From assembly GCF_006345805.1 (NCBI RefSeq), contig NC_043006.1, positions 58,032,001-58,096,000 of the forward strand: 64,000 bases of DNA, given 5' to 3'. Under the pieces are notes generated by a model, which saw only the letters and a list, made by a program, of their open reading frames with translations, searched no databases and was not told the origin of the DNA. Origin of the DNA: Octopus sinensis. Taxonomy: Eukaryota. The translations under genes and the position numbers were made by a program. This document shows, piece after piece, positions 11,880 to 24,139 of this stretch (positions are counted from its first letter, which is position 1; each line of letters starts with the position of its first letter).

Positions 11880-12602
11880 CTTGAACGTTCTCTCCCTCCT
11901 AAGTCTCTCTCTCTCTCTCTCTCTCCCTCTCTCTCCTGTTTTCTCTGGCTCCTTCACATTCAGCCTTCCTCTCTTTATATCATTCATTCCTTCCTTTGCT
12001 CTCTCTCGCTAATTCTCTGCCTCTCTCCCCCTCTCTCTCTCTCTCTCCATCTCTTCCTCTCTCTTTTAACTCATTCGCATTCACACATACACACACACAC
12101 AAACACACACACTGAGACTGTTATCTAATTCCAAACTCTCTCCCTCGCTCTCACTCATTCTCTCTCTCTCTCTCTCTTTACTTCATTCATCTTTTCTATC
12201 ACACCCCCTTAATCTCTCTTCCTCTTTCTTTCTCTCTCATTTTATGTCTCTCTCCTTCATTCATTCCTTCTCTAACACATCTCCTTAATCTCTCTATCTA
12301 TCTATCTCTTTCTCTCTCTCTCCTTTTTTCCCTACTCAATCATCAATTACTCCTTAATGTCCCTCTCATTCTCTTCCCATCTCTCCCCATCTCTCCCTTT
12401 CCATCTTTCCCTCTCTCCTTCTTTCGCGCTCTCCCTTTCTCTCTTCCTCTACATCCCTTCCACCCCCTTTCTCCTTCTCTCTCTCTTTCTCCCTTTCTGT
12501 CTCTTTCTGTCTCATTGAATCACTTAAACAGTTCACATTAATTAGCAGTTGTCAACATTTAAAAACTAAGCCGCCCACTCATAAACACATCAATATCTAC
12601 CA

Positions 12603-12681
<79 letters not shown>

Positions 12682-12694
12682 GCTAGCTAGCTAG

Positions 12695-12765
<71 letters not shown>

Positions 12766-12796
12766 ACTATCTATCTATCTATCTATCTATCTACCA

Positions 12797-12879
<83 letters not shown>

Positions 12880-13479
12880 GATCGATCGATCGATCTAACT
12901 AACTAAATAACTAAATAACTAGACAGACAGACAGACAGACAGGTAGGTAGGTAGATAGATAGATTGATAGATAAATAGATATGTTTCTTTATTAGCCACA
13001 CAGGGCTGCACGCAGACAGCACAAATTACAAGGTAGAGCTTTTCTTTTGGGGGTAAAAAAGGGGGTTTGGTTTTCGATCAAAAGGGATCGTAAAGAGAAA
13101 GAAAGAGGACAAAAAAGGGGTGAATAAAATTTTTAAAAAAAAGAATAAAAAGGGGGGGGAGGAAAAAATATAGATAGATAGATAGATAGAGAGGGAGAGA
13201 GAGAGAGACAGAGAGAAAGAAATAGAGAGAAATAGAGAGAGAGAGAAGAAGAAGACAGAGAATACAGAGAAAGAGAAATAAATAAATAAATATATATATA
13301 TAGAAAGACGAATATGTATATGTGCATGTGTGTATGTATAGTGAAAGAGAGAAAGGAACAGAGAGAGAGAGAGAGAAAGAGAAAAACAGAGACAGGGAGA
13401 GATAGATATATATATATGTATATACGTGTGTGTGTGTATGTGTATGTGCGTGCGTGTACGTGTGTATAGATAGATAGAT

Positions 13480-13543
<64 letters not shown>

Positions 13544-13561
13544 CTGTGCACACACATGCTT

Positions 13562-13603
<42 letters not shown>

Positions 13604-14170
13604 CCAGAGACTCACAGCATTCACAGTACACTCGACCATCCTCTACTACCACTTTTTATCACCACCCACTCCCATCTTTTACTATTGACGTCATAAGGAC
13701 CTTACAACTCTATGGCATCCATAAATGCTTCTACATTTGCAAACACATACACATACACATATACAAATGCACAAACATGCACTCACACTCACAAGAACTT
13801 ACATATACAGACACACACACACACACATACCTACATACATACATACATACATACACGCATACATACATACATACATGTTTATGTGTAACAACAGGAAACT
13901 AGCTCACATGATTTTGATGGTGGAGGCGTCGTTGTGTAAGTTGTTTTTCGTGGTAGTTGTGGTAGCGAACCTTAGCGGCGGTGAATGGTGGTGGTGGTAA
14001 TGGTGGTGGTGGTGGTGGTGGTGGTGGTGGTGTGGTAATGGTGGTGGTGGGGGATGGGGTGAAGATGGTGGTGGTGGTAGTGGTGGTGGTGGTGGTGGTG
14101 GTCGTGGTGGTCGTGGTTGTTAGGTCGTAGTGAAAGTTATAGAGGGAATGGTAATGAAGTATGAAGAATT
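11880..14170. repeat. Compound low-complexity block: CT-rich tract, (CTAT)n, (GA)n, (TA)n, (TACA)n, (GGT)n
   Basis: Seen directly; source of many spurious ORFs. Confidence 0.9.
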
Positions 14171-14200
14171 ATATATATATATATAAATATATATATATAT

Positions 14201-14418
14201 ATTCAAAATGTGACCGCTCGTGTACCGTTGGGGATTTTTTTTTCCTCTGTCTTCCCTTCTTTGGATCTTTCCATTTTTTATGTTTTTGACGAAGAGCTCC
14301 GCTCGAAACGTTAAACCCTCCTTCTTTCCTTCTTTCCTGAACGTCCAATAATACTATACTTGTTCCACGTCCTCGAGTTGTCGTGTTTTCTCTTTGTGTT
14401 GTCATGTTTGGATTAACT
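14201..14418 (+). mobile_element. Short non-coding PLE-derived (pLTR-like) repeat carrying a minimal hammerhead motif, flanked by (TA)n
   Basis: GTTT TTGACGA A GAGC TCC GCTC GAA ACGT T AAAC at 14282-14316; TA runs on both sides. Confidence 0.6.
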
Positions 14419-14453
14419 ATATATATATATAATAATTATCATTATTATTATCA

Positions 14454-14517
<64 letters not shown>

Positions 14518-14521
<4 letters not shown>

Positions 14522-14632
14522 TACCACGACAATTGTTTTGACACATCTGGCATTGAGCACTCATGGGTGGGACACTCAACAACTGGTTCAGGAGTATCTG
14601 GCGGTGCAGATGTATCTCATCAGATAATAAAT
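14518..14632 (-). ncRNA. Type I hammerhead ribozyme motif with one core lesion (G12 to A)
   Basis: Minus strand TATTTATTAT CTGATGA GATACATCTG...CAGATGTGTC AAA ACAATTGT C GTGGTAAATA: 10-bp stem I with 3 G-U pairs, 10-bp stem II, palindromic stem III. Confidence 0.75.
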
Positions 14633-14744
14633 AGACACAAGACGTTAAAATAACAGTTCCGCAATGTATTTTCTCATTTCGTAGAAAGAGAAGCATACAC
14701 ACACATATATATATATATATTCAAACATACAGGTGTGTGTTTGT

Positions 14745-15150
<406 letters not shown>

Positions 15151-15155
15151 ATTAC

Positions 15156-15213
<58 letters not shown>

Positions 15214-15226
15214 TATATATTATATA

Positions 15227-15262
<36 letters not shown>

Positions 15263-15358
15263 TGTATGTACGTACGTATGTGTGTATATATATATATAAT
15301 ATATATATATGTAGGTCCCGGGTTGAGTCGGGGTTAACCACAGTAAATAAGCTCCTTC

Positions 15359-15393
<35 letters not shown>

Positions 15394-15394
<1 letters not shown>

Positions 15395-15527
15395 CGTGAC
15401 TGACCAGACTATCAGATGTTGCTACACATCGCCGGTCACAATGCGCTTCGCATTGTTTTAGCCTTCAAATGACGCCACCCCGCTGGCTAAGCGAGCAGGC
15501 CAACAGAAGAAAGAGTGAGAGAAAGTT
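15394..15527 (-). mobile_element. SINE 3' fragment (central module C plus tail Y)
   Basis: The reverse complement AACTTTCTCTCACTCTT...CTGTTG matches about 18591-18626, and the tail GCCTGCTC...GGCGTCATTTGAAGGC matches about 30030-30075. Confidence 0.75.
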
Positions 15528-15529
15528 TC

Positions 15530-16385
15530 TTGACTATTTGAAGAAGACAATAATATCGACATGAAATGCAGTCTATCTTGAACTCGTGACTGCTACATCG
15601 CACCTTACTTCGAGAACCACACGTTTGTATTCCAAGAACAGGTGATTGCTACGAAATATCTAATGGACAAAAGAGACAGTGAAGATTTTGGAGCTCCAAG
15701 GCGACCAAAATTATAGATATTTTTCTGGAAGACATCACACATGTTATTAGGAGCTGTCCAAAAATGTCATCAAGGTACTGCCGCAAAAACAATATACAGT
15801 AAGCATAATTAAATCTCAGAATGAGATTGAAACAGTAATCGCTCGATAATGTAAAGTATAGAAGCCATCTTATCATGGCTAACCACATTGGGGAGGGGGT
15901 TGTTACTGTAGCTTTATAGCCCCAAGAGATCTTCGTCTCTAGCAGGCTCTAAACACAATATCTGTGTCTTTGGAGTATTTGCAAAGGAAGGCCATCCCTT
16001 CCTCGCAAGCCTGAGTGACAGTTCGAGCGTATCACTCAGGCTTGCGAGGAAGGGATGGCCTCCCTTTGCAAATACCCCAAAGACACAGATATTGTGTTTA
16101 GAGCCAGCTAGAGACGAAGATCTCTTGGGGCTATAAAGTTACAATATACAGTACCTTTCGGAAAAAGATTACGCTGAAATATATACAAAGAATCTCCCTG
16201 TTATTGAATACATTCACAAACAGCAATACAAGGAATACTGGTGGAACATCTCTATCAAGGCTTCTATCAAGTGTAAAACGTAACAGGCCGGATATTGTTG
16301 TTTGGAACAGGCAAGAAAACGTATGCCCTTTCATAGATGTCTGTTGTTCTGCTGACGTGAATATATCTTTGAAAATCAAGGAATG
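15530..16385 (+). mobile_element. R4/Dong-type LINE 3' fragment (CCHC region and restriction-like endonuclease), split by an insertion at 15802-16140
   Basis: FQEQVIATKYLMDKRD and EDITHVIRSCPKMSSRY lie left of the insertion; KEYWWNISIK and NRPDIVVWNRQENVC lie right of it. Confidence 0.8.
15802..16140. mobile_element. 339-bp insertion with a 13-bp TSD, containing a fold-back hairpin with 107-bp arms
   Basis: ACAATATACAGTA at 15789-15801 and 16141-16153. Arms 15912-16018 and 16032-16138 with 3 mismatches and a 13-nt loop. Confidence 0.9.
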
Positions 16386-16464
16386 CATTTATTTCTTAAA
16401 ACATACACACGATCATATACCGATATGCTTAATGTATGAACTTTTGTGGATACTTTACAAACAG

Positions 16465-16735
<271 letters not shown>

Positions 16736-16789
16736 ATAAAATCAAATCAAACCATGATAAAGCAACAATATAGAAGACTAGAAAAATAT

Positions 16790-17460
16790 AAAAGTTTAGT
16801 TATTAGTTTCACGCTCTGAGAAATGAGAAATGTTTTGACGTTTTGCATGATGAATCTTCATCAGATGACAGAACGAGACAAGAAGGAAAAACAAAAACTG
16901 CAAGAAAAAATCATGATTCCACGTATGTAATATCGAATTAACTCCATTTTGAAAATGACCGAACATGAGAAGGGTAAAAAGTCGTTTCAAAACACGGAAG
17001 AACAGTTGTAAAGGGAGATAAGCTGTAGTTGTTTTAAAGCTCTGTGTGAATTATTGAATCCAGTCTTAACGGTTGTTATCAATCAGCGTGAATCATTGTC
17101 AAGCAAACACCGTCTTGAAAGTAATGTTGTCAACAGTCAAGAGAGAGTCGAATATTGTTGAAAAGGGATGATTAGGTCTGGTTAGAGAAGTGATATGTGG
17201 GTCCTGAGGTAGGTACCTGCTAATGTCTACATGGCAAGTCAGACTTTTAGGAATCCGCAATTTGAATGGTGCTGATCCCAGGCTGAAAGAATTAAGATCG
17301 AATCAGTCGAAAGAATTAAGATCGATCAGTCGATCCAGAAGGAGGGGTTTCACATCAGTGAAGTAGGACCGGTGCGTCGTAAAGCCATTGTGATGATCCT
17401 TGAAACCTGTTGGTATTTGATATGCAGAGTTTTCGACTGACAGCATTTGAACAAGCAAAT
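16790..17460 (-). mobile_element. Possible PLE relic (GIY-YIG-like fragment with weak HHR-like end)
   Basis: ICLFKCCQ / ENSAYQ...FKDH resembles the PLE endonuclease N-terminus. CTGATGAAG...AAAACGTC at about 16835-16865 on the minus strand. Confidence 0.35.
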
Positions 17461-17775
17461 TGTTTTCGAGTCTCTGCGGCTGGATTGTGTGTGTGTTTGT
17501 GTATGTGTGCGCACGATATATATATTTGCGTGTATGTGCAAAATTGAAATATATACGAGAGTTTTTCATTTGTGCATTTGTGAATTGTGTATTTGTGTCT
17601 TGTCTATTGTGCATTTGTGTTCGCGAGCTGCATGTGGTGCACAGTTGTATAGCGATGTGTTTGTGTTTGTTTACTTGTGTAGTGGTATATATGCACGTAT
17701 GTATGCAGTATGTGTGTGAAATTGAGCGTGTGCATACGTTTGATAATTTTAAAGAAAGTATGTGTTCATGTATCC

Positions 17776-18097
17776 TGGAGCACTCCGTTGGTTACGACGA
17801 CGAGGGTCCCAGCTGATACGATCAACGGAACAGCTTGCTCGTGAAATTAACGTGCAAGTGGCTGAGCAATCCACAGACACGTGTACCCTTAACGCGGTTC
17901 TCGGGGAGAATCAGCATGTCACAGAGTATGACAAGGCTGGCCCTTTGAAATACAGGTACAACACATGTTTACCAGCTGAGTGGACTGGAGCAACGTGAAA
18001 TAAAGTGTCTTGCTGAAGGACACAACGCGTCACCGGGAATTGAACTCACGACCTTACAATCGTGAGCTGAATGCCCTAACCACTAAGCCACGCGCCT
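17776..18097 (-). mobile_element. tRNA-derived SINE (CORE-like central module plus tail X)
   Basis: Head AGGCGCGTGGCTTAGTGGTTAGGG...GAGTTCAATTCC; central GTGTCCTTCAGCAAGACACTTTATTTCACGTTGCTCC; tail shared with 18622-18811. Confidence 0.85.
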
Positions 18098-18282
18098 TAA
18101 CATGTAACCAATGAATATGCGTATGTATGTATGTATGTATGTATGTATGTATGTATGTATGTATGTATGTATGTATGTATGTGTGTGCTTGGGTTCATTT
18201 GCGTGTGTATGTGTTACATCATGTATCTTGTATATGGGTTAGTGTTTGTTTCTGTGTGTATGCGTATATATGCAATGTATAT

Positions 18283-18326
<44 letters not shown>

Positions 18327-18428
18327 TGAATATTGAATATGTCTGCGTTGATTTCAGTATGCGTATGGATATTGTATTTTTTTAATGTGCCATTGCGTTG
18401 GTTTTAGTGGAGGATATGTTTACTATGT

Positions 18429-18811
18429 GGAGGCGCAATGGCCCAGTGGTTAGGGCAGCGGACTCGCGGTCATAGGATCGCGGTTTCGATTCCCAGACCG
18501 GGCGTTGTGAGTGTTTATTGAGCGAAAACACCTAAAGCTCCACGAGGATCCGGCAGGGGATGGTGGTGATCCCTGCTGTACTCCTTCACCACAACTTTCT
18601 CTCACTCTTACTTCCTGTTTCTGTTGTACCTGTATTTCAAAGGGCCGGCCTTGTCACTCTCTGTGTCACGCTGAATATCCCCGAGAACTACGTTAAGGGT
18701 ACACGTGTCTGTGAAGTGCTCAGCCACTTAGACGTTAATTTCACGAGCAGGCTGTTCTGTTGATTCGGATCAACCGGAACCCTCATCGTCGTAACCGACG
18801 GAGTGCTTCCA
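18429..18811 (+). mobile_element. tRNA-derived SINE (central module C plus tail X)
   Basis: A-box TGGCCCAGTGGTT and B-box-like GGTTTCGATTCC; the tail is homologous to 17776-17965 in inverted orientation. Confidence 0.85.
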
Positions 18812-18879
18812 GTGTTTACTATCTTTTGAATATTACGTGTAGTGCTGTAATGACGAAATAAGCTGTAATGACGGCGTAT

Positions 18880-19077
18880 GTGTCCCGTGTGTATCTGTAC
18901 ATATGTCTGTGTGTTTGTATGTGTGTGTGTGTGTGTGTAATTGTCTTTGTATTTAATTTTTGAGCGTGTATATGTCTGTGTCTGGGTTTGTGTGTGTGTG
19001 TGTGTGTGTGTTTGTGTGTGTCTGTATTTAATTTTGACCGTGTATGTGTATGTGTCTGTGTCTCTATCTGGGTTTGT

Positions 19078-19109
<32 letters not shown>

Positions 19110-19173
19110 TTGTGTGTGTCTGTATTTAATTTTTGAGCGTGTATGTGTATGTGTCTGTGTCTCTATCTGGGTT

Positions 19174-19204
<31 letters not shown>

Positions 19205-20100
19205 GTGTGTGCCTATGTGTGAGTCTGTGTATGTCTGTGTGTGCTGTGTGTGTGTGTCTGCATCCGTGTGTTTGTACCTTTGTTGTATATGTATAATTTG
19301 TGAGGTGAATGGGGATGGAATGGGGTATGTGTGTCGTGTCTATCTGTACATATGACTGGGTGCTTCCGTGTGTGTGTGCGCGTGTGTGTATGTGTGTGTA
19401 AATGTCACTATTTAATTTTGTGAGTGTCTGAGTTTGTGTGTCTGTGTGTGTATGTGTACTTGTGTTGTACATGGAAGATTATGCGTTGTGTGTATGCGTA
19501 TGCGTTGTATGAATGTGTGAGTGCATGTGCGTGTGTGTGTATGTATATGTGTGTGAAGGTGTGTGTGTGTCTATGTGTGTGTATGTGTGTGAAGGTGTGT
19601 GTGTGTCTATGTGTGCTTATAGTTTTATTTGGTGGAGTGTACGTTGGTTTTTCTTTTAACTGTTTATGAAATTGAATGTTTGTACATTTGTCGAGTGTGT
19701 GTGTGTATGTGTGTGTGTGTGTGTGTCTGTCTGTGTGTGTGTATTTGATTTATCATTGTGTGGGTGGGTGTCGTTGTTTCGTTGAGTTGCGTGGGTGTTT
19801 TATGGTATTGTGTTGTCTGAGTGTGTGTATCGTTGCACTGTATGGCAGTATGGATGTGCGTATATATTTGCATTGTGTGTGTGTGTATGTGTGTGTGTGT
19901 GTATGTGTGTTTGTGTTTGTGTGTGCGTGCGTTGATTGTCTGAATGTATGTGTTTATTGCCTATTATTGAATGTATGCATTTGTTAGAAAATGTGCGTGT
20001 TTTATCTTTCACTCTTGTATGTGTAGCAGTGTTATAACAAACATGTGTGCGTGTATATTTACAGTCTGTATGTGCATGAGTACTGTGCTGTTGTATGTAC
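18880..20100. repeat. Degenerate TG-rich low-complexity tract with internal about 130-bp repeats
   Basis: Repeated GTATTTAATTTT...GCGTGTA...TCTGGGTTTGTG units among (TG)n. Confidence 0.8.
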
Positions 20101-20410
20101 GGTGCTGTAAATTTGTTTTTCATCCGCGTGTAAAGTGATTCGAGTAGGATGGGCATTTCGTGTTTTGAGTATTTGTTTGTATATGTACGCGTCGTATTTG
20201 AGAGGTAAATAGGAGAGAATTTTAAAGAAAAGGGGTTCAGAATTGAGACCGTGAGTTGAAAGTTGGGAGAGGAAAGATGAATTTATGCTCAACAGAGATG
20301 AGAGTTCGACGGTTAGTTGAGCAGGTTTATATAGTGAATTATTCTTTATAAATTACTAGAAGAGATATCCGGGGTTGCTCGGGATCAAAACGGCATAGTT
20401 TTTTTAATTG

Positions 20411-20625
20411 TTTTACTTGTTTCGGTCATATGACTGCGGACATGCTGGGGCAGCGCCTTTAGTCGAAGAAATCGATCCCAGGATTTATCCTTTGTAAGCC
20501 TAGTACTTATTCTATCGAAGTGTTTTGCTTAGCGGCTAAGTTGCGGCGACGTAAACACAGCAACATCGGTTTTCAAGCAACAATGGACGGGGGTACAAAC
20601 ACAGACACAGACACAGACACACACA
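20411..20625 (-). mobile_element. SINE family A, 3' half
   Basis: Matches 2075-2280. Confidence 0.8.
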
Positions 20626-20630
20626 CACAG

Positions 20631-20683
<53 letters not shown>

Positions 20684-20737
20684 ATATATATATAATATAT
20701 ATATATATATTATATATATATATATATATATGTTCGT

Positions 20738-21353
20738 TTACGCTAATAGTTGTGCTAACTTTCATCGGAAACAATTCTTCGCGGCTGAAACCGTAGCGGA
20801 TCTATTTTTAGTGCTAGAGTCGACCACATAGTGGTGTCTCTCTTATATTTACGTATAAAATTTATTGTATTCCTGGTTTTTATGCACTAAGCCACTTGGT
20901 GTTAAATTGATGGTACTATTAAATTAGTATCCAATTTTCTCACCCTTATTAGTTGATTGTAATTATACTGCATTTAATTCTTGATGTAGTATCTGTTTCC
21001 GTGAATTTTGGCAGGCTTTGGCGGGGGCACTTGAATTATAACGGCGAATGCAATCGACTGAACCGCATGTGTGTTTATCGTTTTGGTAAAATCTGGTATG
21101 CGGTTGAGTAAATTGTATTTTAGACAAATTCAGCTGAGGAGCTACAGATATGTTATGTGAGTAAAATTGCATAATTTATTAATGGCGAAACAATTGTCCT
21201 GAATTAATCTGCATTTTTGTTATTTTTTATTTGCTCTGTTACGCTAATAGTTGTGCTAACTTTCATCGGAAACAATTCTTCGCGGCTGAAACCGTAGCGG
21301 ATCTATTTTTAGTGCTAGAGTCGACCACATAGTGGTCACTCTCTTATATTTAC

Positions 21354-21358
<5 letters not shown>
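20738..21358 (+). mobile_element. Retrozyme-like non-autonomous element: 501-bp unit with 120-bp terminal direct repeats and an internal hammerhead
   Basis: Direct repeats 20738-20857 and 21239-21358 are 118/120 identical; HHR at 21127-21205; (TA)n on both flanks. Confidence 0.7.
21127..21205 (+). ncRNA. Type I hammerhead ribozyme with intact core
   Basis: AATTCAG CTGAGGA GCTA...TGGC GAA ACAATTGT C CTGAATT: 7-bp Watson-Crick stem I, CUGAGGA and GAAA core, GUC cleavage triplet at 21196-21198. Confidence 0.85.
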
Positions 21359-21397
<39 letters not shown>

Positions 21398-21590
21398 TGA
21401 AATAGTGTAAGTCATAAGAGATTACTCTGGGCTCGCATTAGGCAAGAAGTTGAAATGTTTTTGGCCTATGACACTGCATGGAGCCTAAGTAAGGCATGTG
21501 TAAAATTTGAATGAAATCGGTTTTGTAGTTCTCGTCTTTTAGTGATTCACACATACAGACACACATTCTCAGTTTTATATATATACATGG
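21398..21590 (+). mobile_element. Helitron-like element, 3' fragment
   Basis: AAATTTGAATGAAATCGGTT...CACACATACAGACACAC...TTTTATATATA resembles the end of 2575-2942; a similar end lies at about 28395-28580. Confidence 0.5.
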
Positions 21591-21594
21591 CTAA

Positions 21595-22560
21595 TATGTT
21601 CTAGAATTCATCTGCTGGGTATCTATTGTTGCTTCCTCGGGAACATGAGGCTTCAGTTTCCTGTGTGACTGTGCGATATTGTATTTTTCATATCCGTGTG
21701 GAACTCAACCCTGCTCTTAAATTGCTTCTGTTTAAAATTTTCCTATATTTATGATTAGTAGGGAAGTCCTTTTCTATTACATAAAATTTCACGCTATATT
21801 TGATTTAACATTAAATGAGATTAAAGTGTATTTCAGGTTATGATATTGCGGCTCTTCTTCTTAGTTTGGGACAGGAAGTTACATAGGTACGTAAATTTTC
21901 TCTTTGAATTCGTTTGCTAGTAAAGCGTAATTGTAGTAGGGTCTTACGTATCGATTATTTCTTAACTTGAGAACTGGTTAAAAATACTTCTACTTAAGTT
22001 ATTGACGTTCTTAAAACTAGGGCCCGTGGGAGCTGATTCTTCATTAATACAGGAGTTTCCACTGGGCTTCTTGAAGAGATTTTATAAGTTATTGATTAAA
22101 TGTTAAGTTAGGAGTATGGTTATTTTAAAGCTTCAAATGCTTTATTGTACCTAAAGCTTTTTGTTTCTACATTTTGTTACAGCTAACCCGTTGTCATTGC
22201 CAAGGAGTGATTTTTCAAAGGAATTTCTAAATAAATGCAACTGAGATACATAATCCTACAAGATCGCATAACTCCGCACTGTAATACAATTTCATACTTA
22301 CATTAACGAAACACGTTGAGCAAAATCTTTTTTCTAGGTGAAATTTTTATCAAAGCGTAAGACTTTATTCAAGTTTTGTAACGTTATTTTAATATTTCTA
22401 TTATCTATGCCATGAGGTCATATAACAAGAGTTGGAAACTTTCCTGATGTTATCGTAATTTGTTAAAGAATCTTCTTACTCATTATTCTTATCTCAACGC
22501 TAGCTGGGTAAATTTACATACATTTAGTATTAGATAATTTCCTTGGTGTTTAGCTAGGAT
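21595..22560 (-). mobile_element. Penelope-like element RT relic
   Basis: Minus translations YSAELCDLVGL, GNDNGLAV (degenerate YRDDGLA) and IEKDFPTNHKYRKILNR resemble a PLE RT core and thumb. Confidence 0.6.
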
Positions 22561-22692
22561 TCTAGCCAACTGTTTAGTTCTAAGTTAACGTACGATTTTC
22601 AACTTCACCATTTATGTTGTCATATATATACATACATACATACGCACACACACACGCACACACACACACATACACACACATACACACACATG

Positions 22693-22802
<110 letters not shown>

Positions 22803-23196
22803 CATACACGCACGCACAAACACACACATACACGTATGTATGTATATATTTGCATAAATATATATGTGTATGTGTAAGTGTGCGCGTGTGTTTATATTAT
22901 GGTGTTAGAGGAGAATCATTCTGATTTAATGCCTTATTAATTAACACACGCACCGGTACGATTTCCACTCATTTACTTATTTTTTTTTTCTAGTATTTTC
23001 GTTGCTTCTTGCAACCTCTTTAAAAGTCGTTGAATCCCGTTATCGGAGATGTATTGTTTTGTTTGTTTGTGCGGGTGTGTACGCGTCAGTACGCATGTAT
23101 ATACACGTATGTATGTTTGTATTTATGTATGTATGCATGTATGTATGTATGTATTTGTGTATGTATGTTTGTATGTACGTATGCGTGTGTGTATGC

Positions 23197-23246
<50 letters not shown>

Positions 23247-23339
23247 GTGTGTACGTTTGTATGTATGTATTCTACATATTCATTTGTTTGTTTATATGGC
23301 GTAGAACTGCATTACAGAATGTAGTCAGAACTTGCAAAT

Positions 23340-23910
23340 AATTTGGAAGCTCACCATGCACTAAGGTTTTGCGTTAAACTGGGCAAAAACACTACAGAGA
23401 CTTATGAAATGTTCTTGACTGCTTTTGGATTAATTTATATGAGTCGAACATCTGTTTTTCACTGGCACAAGAGTCTAGGCAAAGCAAGTCCTCTGTGGAG
23501 CGCATGGTGATCCCCTTTTTCGACAGCAAGAGCATCATTTTCATCCATTGGGTTACTTCTAGCTAGACAGTCAACAATGAGTATTTTCTGAAGGTTTTGA
23601 AGGAGTTCAGGAAGAGATTTCGTCACCAAAGGCCAGAGTCCCTGCATAATCGACTACTTGAGAGCATCAAAACTGCCCCTCATCCTCTCTAGAGTCCAGA
23701 CCTTGCTCCTTGTGATAATTCTCCAAGCTCAAGTACATGAAGGAGACTGTTGCGAGGGTCTAGGACACCTTAAATTTGAAGGACTTTCATGGGGCTTTCA
23801 CTGCAAATGTATTAAAGTTAGAGGAGCCTACTCTGAAGGAAATTAGAGTTTTGTGCTTCTTTCAAATTAATGCCTCTCAGAAAACTCACAAAACTTCTGG
23901 GAAGCACCTT
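23340..23910 (+). mobile_element. Internally deleted mariner relic
   Basis: FCVKLGKNTTETYEMF at the N-terminus, then FFDSK..., PHPL*SPDLAPCD and EDFHGAF; TIR-like AAAACTTCTGGGAAGCACC at the right end. Confidence 0.75.
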
Positions 23911-24028
23911 TTATGTATGTATGTGTGTGTGTGTGTGTGAGTGTGTGTGTGTGCGCGCGCGCTAATATTGGTAGCCTTGTGTGCCAACAGAGCTTATGAA
24001 GTATTTTGCCCGGAGTGATAATCCCTCG

Positions 24029-24075
<47 letters not shown>

Positions 24076-24081
24076 CATATC

Positions 24082-24139
<58 letters not shown>

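Noticed and set aside
18429-18505. tRNA-like heads of SINEs (also at about 2400-2473, 6459-6540 and 18030-18097)
   Set aside because: They have A/B-box similarity only, continue into SINE bodies and lack a complete cloverleaf, so they are not called tRNA genes.
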